Shown: piece after piece, positions 58,201 through 64,000 of the stretch
How positions within the stretch are numbered: the first letter of the stretch is position 1
How the letters are laid out: every line of letters begins with the position of its first letter
Source of the DNA: an uncultured bacterium
GTDB taxonomy: Bacteria > Bacteroidota > Rhodothermia > Balneolales > DATFMH01
NCBI GenBank assembly: GCA_963783355.1
Contig: CAWANF010000007.1
Span: forward strand, 156,192 to 220,191
Direction of reading: 5' to 3'
DNA: 64,000 nucleotides
Program-made: the position numbers and the translations under genes
The notes under the pieces: model-generated
Database searches by the model: none
The model's input: only the letters and a program-made list of their open reading frames with translations
What the model was told of the DNA's origin: nothing

Positions 58201-61200
58201 CTATTCCTTTTTAAAACCCACGCTTATTACGGTCCCATTATCATTATATATATCAAGTTCAGCATTCAGCTGTTTTGATAAAGTAGCTATAAGGGTCATT
58301 CCCAACGACTTCGATTTTTTTATCTCAAAATTATCAGGTAGCCCAATTCCGTCGTCTTTTACCGTCAAAAACACCATTTCTTGATTCTCTTTTAATTCAA
58401 CCAGGATTTCCCCTTTTTCACGCTCTTTAAAAGCATGTTTGTATGCATTCACCAGGATCTCATTAAGCAAAAGAGCGCAGGGAATAGCTTGGTTAATATT
58501 AAAGAGAACTTTTTTGGCATTTGTTACAACAATTATTTCTTTATTTACATTTTTATACAAACGATCAATGCTTTTCGCCAAAGAAACAATGTACTCATCG
58601 AATTCAATATTCGATAATGTTTCAGAGTGATACAGTTTTTCATGTATCATAGCGATCGATTTGATGCGAGTCTGACTTTCCTGAAGAAAATTTTTCGCTT
58701 CGGGACTATCCATAGTGCTGGCTTGCAACTCTAGCAATCCGGAGACAATGGCGAGATTATTTTTTACCCGGTGATGAATTTCGGCCAAAAGCACTTCTTT
58801 CTCCTTTAACGATTGCAAGACTTCACTTTCCGCCTTTTTCCTGTCGGAGATATCAACATAAATTCCAAAATCCGCTATCTGCTTATTCTCAAAGTAAACC
58901 GGAACTCCATAGACTAAAACCGACCGTTCCTGATTCCCTTTTGCCAAACGAACTGTTTCCTTTTTGACATATCGGTCTTCACTGTTCCTAAAAAATTCAA
59001 CTGCGTCTATTTTCAGCTCTTCAGGTACAATTAAATTATCAAGCTCCTTTCCAATAACTTCTTCCGGGGAATATTGAAAAATATCCCGGAATCCTTTATT
59101 AACCATGCGAATTCGGTTATTTTCATCAACCATCGCTATACCGACAGGAGAATCTTCAAATATCCTGCTGAATAATTCTGCTTGTCTTTTTAATTCTTCC
59201 GTAACTTTCACCCGCTCGGTCACATCGGTAATGAATCCTTCCAAAATGCCATCGTCGACGCCGGGAATCACCTGTAATCCTTTTTCCCAAACCCATCTGA
59301 TATCCCCGTTTTTCGTCTTAATACGATAATTAAGCTGGAAAGGCCTGTTTTCCTGAACAGCGAGCTGAACCTCATCATCCACCATTTTACGATCTTCCGG
59401 AACAATCATCTCGGCATAAGAAACGGTCTTATTGCCAATCAATTCTCCCGGTGAATAACCCGTAAGCTTGCTACAACCGCCGCTCACAAATAACATTGTC
59501 CAGTCTTTATCATTACTACACCGATAGGCCATACCTGGAAGATTTTCCATTAAAGTGGACAACATTCTCTGGCTTTCTTCGAGCTTCTGACGGGTCATTT
59601 CGCGATCGCTGATATCTGCTATAGACGCCATCATGCAGATCGGGCTGCCCAATTCGTCTGAAACTTTGCTTATCGACAAGCGGGCTGGAAAAACGGCATT
59701 TCCATTTCGTTTCCCCTGAAGTTTGCCGCTCCATTTTTCCTCTGCCCTCAATATTGAAGCAATACTTTTATAATCATCCCTATTTTGCCATAAAGTATTG
59801 AAACCAACATTGAGTACTTCGTCTGCCGAGCTAAAACCCCACATCTTGATAAATGATGGATTTGCATAGGTTATACTTCCGTCCAGATCGTATAGCACGA
59901 TGGCATTCAGGGCGGATTTAATAGCACTGTCTTTAATTCTCAATTCTTTTTCACTGAGTTTTTTTTCAGTGATATCCCGGATGACGGTAACCAAACCATC
60001 CTGCCAACTGCCATTTTCATTCAGTGGCGTAACGGTATGATCCGTATAAATTATCTCGCCATCTTTCCTTTTCAGGCGATAATCGGAACGGAATATTTTA
60101 CCTTTTTTCATCGATTCGAAGATAGCATTGCTAAAATATTCCCGGCTTTCCATATCGACATGCAAAATGTCAGTAGAACGGCCAATTAAGTCGTCCATCG
60201 AATAACCAAATATTCTTTCGGCAGCGGGATTACATTCAATAATTTTCATTTCATCGGGATCGATAATCAACACTGCCTCGTTCAGGCTTTTAAATGTCTT
60301 TTCCAGCAGATTCTTGGCATCTTCGAGCTGTTGTATCGTTTCTATATTCCGGGACATGTCCAAACCGGTGCCCAAAAGATATTCCTGTCCATCCTGCCTG
60401 AAACAAAAAGCATTAAACAAATACGGTATTTTCGTTCCGTCCTTAATTTTCAGATTTGCCTGTACCGTCGATTTTCCTTTTTCAAACACTTCCGCGATAC
60501 GTTCCGCGACCCGATCCCGGTCGTCACCCTCAAAATAATCAAGAGCTTTCAGATCGTCTAATTCGTCCGGTGAATACCCGGTAACATCCGCAAAATTCTG
60601 GTTCCAGCGCAGGATATTTCCACTTTTATCAAACAAATAAAACGTACCGGGAAGGCTGTTAATAAGATTATCTACAAAATTTTTTTCATGTTTTAATGCC
60701 TCTTCAGCCTCTTTGCTTTTGGTAATATCCTGAACTTGTGACAATATAGAAATAAGGTTCCCTGATTCATCAAACAAACCGGAATTATACCATTCGCAAT
60801 ACACGACCCGGCCATCTTTGGCATAATTACGATTCTGAATGCTAAAACTCGGTATCTCTCCTTTGATAAGAGCGTTCATTTTAGGATTAACAATATTGGC
60901 GTCCTCTTCATAAATAAAATTCAGGGTCATTGGATCTTTACCTAAAACTTCTTCCTGCGACCAGCCAAATAACTCTCTGGTTTTATCCGACCAGCGACGA
61001 ATTCTGAAGTTTTCATCCCATTCAATAAATGCCAACGGACTATTATTTGCGTGGAAATCCAGTTGCTGATACGCTTTTTTCAATTCTTTTTCAGTCTTTA
61101 TCAGCTCGGTGATATTATTTGCGGAAACCAGCCTGGCGTGAACGCCTTCATATTCAATAACCTGAGCATTGACATGAACATATAATTCCGACTGGTCTTT

Positions 61201-61488
61201 TGTCAAATGCCGCCATACTCCATAATCACGTACTTTTTCATCTTTTTTCGATTCAAGCACATCCAACAAATCTGCAATATCTTCTCTCGGACGCATATCC
61301 AGTATAGTCATTGAAAGAAATTCATCATATTCATAACCATATGCCTGAATAGCCGCCTTGTTTACATCGAGGATCTTATTTGTTTCACTATCCACGATAA
61401 ACATCGGATTAGGATTATTTTCAAACAGCATACTACTCCTATAGAATCTGGTATTCACCCAAATGCACCTTTCGTCAAACCTAAGCAA
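58201..61488 (-). CDS. Cytoplasmic multi-PAS (about 7) HisKA_2 histidine kinase
   Basis: Seven PAS/PAC units, most ending in a DIT/DIS-type motif, EIHHRVKNNL, NAYKHAF, DDGIG, SLGM. Start may be the ATG at 61431. Confidence 0.92.
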   Translation of the reverse strand: MLRFDERCIWVNTRFYRSSMLFENNPNPMFIVDSETNKILDVNKAAIQAYGYEYDEFLSMTILDMRPREDIADLLDVLESKKDEKVRDYGVWRHLTKDQSELYVHVNAQVIEYEGVHARLVSANNITELIKTEKELKKAYQQLDFHANNSPLAFIEWDENFRIRRWSDKTRELFGWSQEEVLGKDPMTLNFIYEEDANIVNPKMNALIKGEIPSFSIQNRNYAKDGRVVYCEWYNSGLFDESGNLISILSQVQDITKSKEAEEALKHEKNFVDNLINSLPGTFYLFDKSGNILRWNQNFADVTGYSPDELDDLKALDYFEGDDRDRVAERIAEVFEKGKSTVQANLKIKDGTKIPYLFNAFCFRQDGQEYLLGTGLDMSRNIETIQQLEDAKNLLEKTFKSLNEAVLIIDPDEMKIIECNPAAERIFGYSMDDLIGRSTDILHVDMESREYFSNAIFESMKKGKIFRSDYRLKRKDGEIIYTDHTVTPLNENGSWQDGLVTVIRDITEKKLSEKELRIKDSAIKSALNAIVLYDLDGSITYANPSFIKMWGFSSADEVLNVGFNTLWQNRDDYKSIASILRAEEKWSGKLQGKRNGNAVFPARLSISKVSDELGSPICMMASIADISDREMTRQKLEESQRMLSTLMENLPGMAYRCSNDKDWTMLFVSGGCSKLTGYSPGELIGNKTVSYAEMIVPEDRKMVDDEVQLAVQENRPFQLNYRIKTKNGDIRWVWEKGLQVIPGVDDGILEGFITDVTERVKVTEELKRQAELFSRIFEDSPVGIAMVDENNRIRMVNKGFRDIFQYSPEEVIGKELDNLIVPEELKIDAVEFFRNSEDRYVKKETVRLAKGNQERSVLVYGVPVYFENKQIADFGIYVDISDRKKAESEVLQSLKEKEVLLAEIHHRVKNNLAIVSGLLELQASTMDSPEAKNFLQESQTRIKSIAMIHEKLYHSETLSNIEFDEYIVSLAKSIDRLYKNVNKEIIVVTNAKKVLFNINQAIPCALLLNEILVNAYKHAFKEREKGEILVELKENQEMVFLTVKDDGIGLPDNFEIKKSKSLGMTLIATLSKQLNAELDIYNDNGTVISVGFKKE

Positions 61489-61861
61489 ACGATAATTAAA
61501 TTATTTTAAAAAAGATTTTTCTTTACTTCATCAATGAGACTATCCGGTTCAAAACCTATAAGGCGTAATACTTATTTCCATTCCGCCCGATCCGTTGTAA
61601 TCTATGAGCTTCAATATACTTATATAACAAAAAACTCCTTAAAAGTAACTCATATAAACACAAGGCAAAAGCAAATATTTACCCCTCTTATCCCTGATTA
61701 TTAAAGCACTTTAACTACTACTAATATCTGATTTTTTATTAGTTGTTTAAATAGTGTTCATTTCAGTATGTCACTGTTTTTTATACCAGTTTTATCAAAG
61801 AATTAAGAAACAATCAGGCTAAAACAACAACAACACCTTATTTAATTTTTGAGAGGCAGCT

Positions 61862-63307
61862 ATGTTACTTAACTACAAAAGAATAACGCTAATCGGGGTA
61901 TTATTCTGGGTTATCGCAATTCCTTTTACCCAGGCACAAAACAAGAAAATTGTTAACCCGGCAGAATCATTCAGAAACTTTTTTACCAATGTTGATCAAT
62001 CCAATGAACAGACAAACCTGATCCAACTATATACGCAACTGAAAAAGAGTAACAGCACGTTACCCACAACAGCAGCACTGGCGTGGTACCTCGAACATCA
62101 TGAGGCATACGGACTTAATTTCACAACGAATTTATTGGAGATTGGGTCCCGCCATTATTACGCCTACGACACAAACGACCACGTTACGCAGCAGCTTACA
62201 CAAGTGCCGGATCCGAATAATGCGGGAAGCTGGGTTCATTCACAGTTGCAGACAACAAAGTACGATGCTAACGGCAATATAACCGAAACACTCCACCAAA
62301 TGTGGAGCAATAATGCATGGGTCAATTCCAGCAGGTATCAACATACTTACGTGAACAACCTGGAAACCGTAGAACTCTATCAAACATGGGATACTCAGAA
62401 CGGATGGCAGGATATGAATCAATATTTATATACCTATGACGCCCAGAATAACCTGACGGAAGAATTGGATCAAGACCGTGATACCGTTAATAACGTCTGG
62501 GTCAATGCCTATCGCTATACCTATACCTACGCCAATGGTAATATTGCCACCGAAGAAGACGAGGAATGGGTAAACGGTCAATGGCGAAAGATGACATTCT
62601 ATACCGCCAATTATAATATGCAAAATCATTTGGCTGAGGTGATCGAGCAGGATTATGACACACTTAAATCGATGTATATCAATGCTTATCGTGATCAATA
62701 CATGTATTACCAGGTCAGCATGAAAGATTCCGCTTATGTAACGTCTAAATGGGATACAACCAGCAAAGGATGGACGGAGGATAGCCAGGTTCTGCGATTT
62801 TATGATTCCAACGGTAAAGATACAAAATGGCTATACCAGGATTGGGATACCACCAGCAAGGCCTATGTAGACAGCGGACAACAGCTGTACACTTACGACA
62901 GTAATATGAATTTATCGCAGTCTGATTTTCAAATCTGGAGCAACAGTACCTGGGTCACATTTTCACAGTTAAAATATTATTACACTAATACGCGTCCCGA
63001 TAAGGTTCCATTACCTATCGATGAAGAAATCTCAAAAATTCCAAGACAGATTAAGCTAAGTCAGAATTATCCGAATCCATTCAACCCCTCTACACAAATC
63101 AATTACGAGGTGAATGCCGCTGTGAATGTGAAACTCACCGTCTACGACATCATCGGAAGGGAAGTCGCCACATTAGTCAACCAAAAACAATCGTCCGGTT
63201 CCTATACCGTGACCTTCAATGCCTCAAGGCTTTCCAGCGGAATCTATTTCTATCGTCTGGTGACTGATAAGGCAACTATTACAAAAAAAATGATCCTGAT
63301 TAAATAA
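61862..63307 (+). CDS. T9SS cargo protein with about 9 YD-like/DUF3836-like beta repeats
   Basis: Signal peptide, about 30-aa repeats Y.YD..GN......W....W, CTD LSQNYPNPFNPST...LSSGIYFYRL. Confidence 0.85.
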   Translation: MLLNYKRITLIGVLFWVIAIPFTQAQNKKIVNPAESFRNFFTNVDQSNEQTNLIQLYTQLKKSNSTLPTTAALAWYLEHHEAYGLNFTTNLLEIGSRHYYAYDTNDHVTQQLTQVPDPNNAGSWVHSQLQTTKYDANGNITETLHQMWSNNAWVNSSRYQHTYVNNLETVELYQTWDTQNGWQDMNQYLYTYDAQNNLTEELDQDRDTVNNVWVNAYRYTYTYANGNIATEEDEEWVNGQWRKMTFYTANYNMQNHLAEVIEQDYDTLKSMYINAYRDQYMYYQVSMKDSAYVTSKWDTTSKGWTEDSQVLRFYDSNGKDTKWLYQDWDTTSKAYVDSGQQLYTYDSNMNLSQSDFQIWSNSTWVTFSQLKYYYTNTRPDKVPLPIDEEISKIPRQIKLSQNYPNPFNPSTQINYEVNAAVNVKLTVYDIIGREVATLVNQKQSSGSYTVTFNASRLSSGIYFYRLVTDKATITKKMILIK

Positions 63308-63348
63308 GTATAGTGCATCAAGCGGTGCCCGGTAATCACTTTGAAATC

Positions 63349-63384
63349 AAAATCCCCTGATAATTTTATTGGGGGATTTTTTTT
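63349..63384. terminator. Bidirectional intrinsic terminator
   Basis: aaaatcccc...ggggatttt stem with A/T runs on both sides, between convergent genes. Confidence 0.75.
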
Positions 63385-64000
63385 ACCTGACAGAAACCCG
63401 TGCCCCGTCTTCGATTTGTTCATCCGGGTGTATAATCACACGATCATCTTTCATTATTCCGGACTGAATCTCAGCCGTTAGTCCGCTCCGGTGGCCAATC
63501 TCTACTCCACGTATTGTTGCCCGGTTATTTCGAATGACAAAAACAGCCCATTTCCCGTCTTTTCGAAACAAAGCACTTGTCGGAACCTGCAAAACACTAT
63601 CTTTTTCCCAAATCACAAACCGGGTCACTACCCGGTATCCGTCACCCAGTCGATTCCATTCTTTCTTCGGAGAAATGATATCTGTTATCACTAAAACACG
63701 CTGCTCTTCCACCCCTAAAGCCGAGTATTTAGTAAAACCAACCGGCTCAATCGTGCGAACGCGGCCCTGTAGCAACTCATTACCACCCCAGCGATCCAAT
63801 TCAACCCGGGTACCCGGTAATATTTTAACAGCATCCGATGATAATACATCGGTTTCAATTTCCAGGGTCCGGGGATTGCCAACCTCAATCAACGGCTGGC
63901 CGACCTGTACAATACCCTCACTTTCATGATTAATTTTGAGCACGCAGCCGTCTACCGGCGAAGTAATGGGTATCTGTATGGATTTCGAATTCTTTCTGTC
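63383..64000 (-). CDS. Efflux/ABC periplasmic adaptor (membrane fusion protein), 5' end outside window
   Basis: Frame open to the window edge; SPVDG.V, VLS.DAV.I.PG, EP.GFTK.SALGVEEQRV, VPTSALFR. Confidence 0.88.
   Translation of the reverse strand, partial: DRKNSKSIQIPITSPVDGCVLKINHESEGIVQVGQPLIEVGNPRTLEIETDVLSSDAVKILPGTRVELDRWGGNELLQGRVRTIEPVGFTKYSALGVEEQRVLVITDIISPKKEWNRLGDGYRVVTRFVIWEKDSVLQVPTSALFRKDGKWAVFVIRNNRATIRGVEIGHRSGLTAEIQSGIMKDDRVIIHPDEQIEDGARVSVR

Noticed and set aside
61862..63307. RHS/YD polymorphic toxin
   Set aside because: No RHS core (DPxG), toxin tip or immunity gene; ends in a T9SS CTD

Overview
A gene-dense, mostly core-genome stretch of a moderately AT-rich FCB-group bacterium. 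It is most consistent with Balneolota/Rhodothermota relatives; this is inferred from porQ, porX, T9SS C-terminal domains, the LptD type and gene order, not from a database search. It holds about 63 CDS and one tRNA-Leu(TAG). Housekeeping genes include rsmD-coaD, an aminotransferase, ribD-ribE, mlaEFD, aroC, tig-clpP-clpX, comEA-porX-tsaE, hemW and trhO. I see no CRISPR array, transposase, integrase, phage gene or rRNA. The most notable element is a DUF2946/CruR-like leader ORF (TM helix, His cluster, CxxC, C-terminal RAPP) directly upstream of a His-motif TonB-dependent receptor, a candidate metal-responsive ribosome-stalling switch. Other points of interest are a T9SS-cargo metalloprotease carrying both dockerin-like and cohesin-like modules, two loci with inverted pairs of 7-bp tandem arrays after stop codons, a REP-like cluster, a frameshifted Na+/solute symporter beside thiamine pyrophosphokinase, and several proteins that lack canonical catalytic or Zn-ligand residues. 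All calls come from motif recognition by eye; no searches were run.
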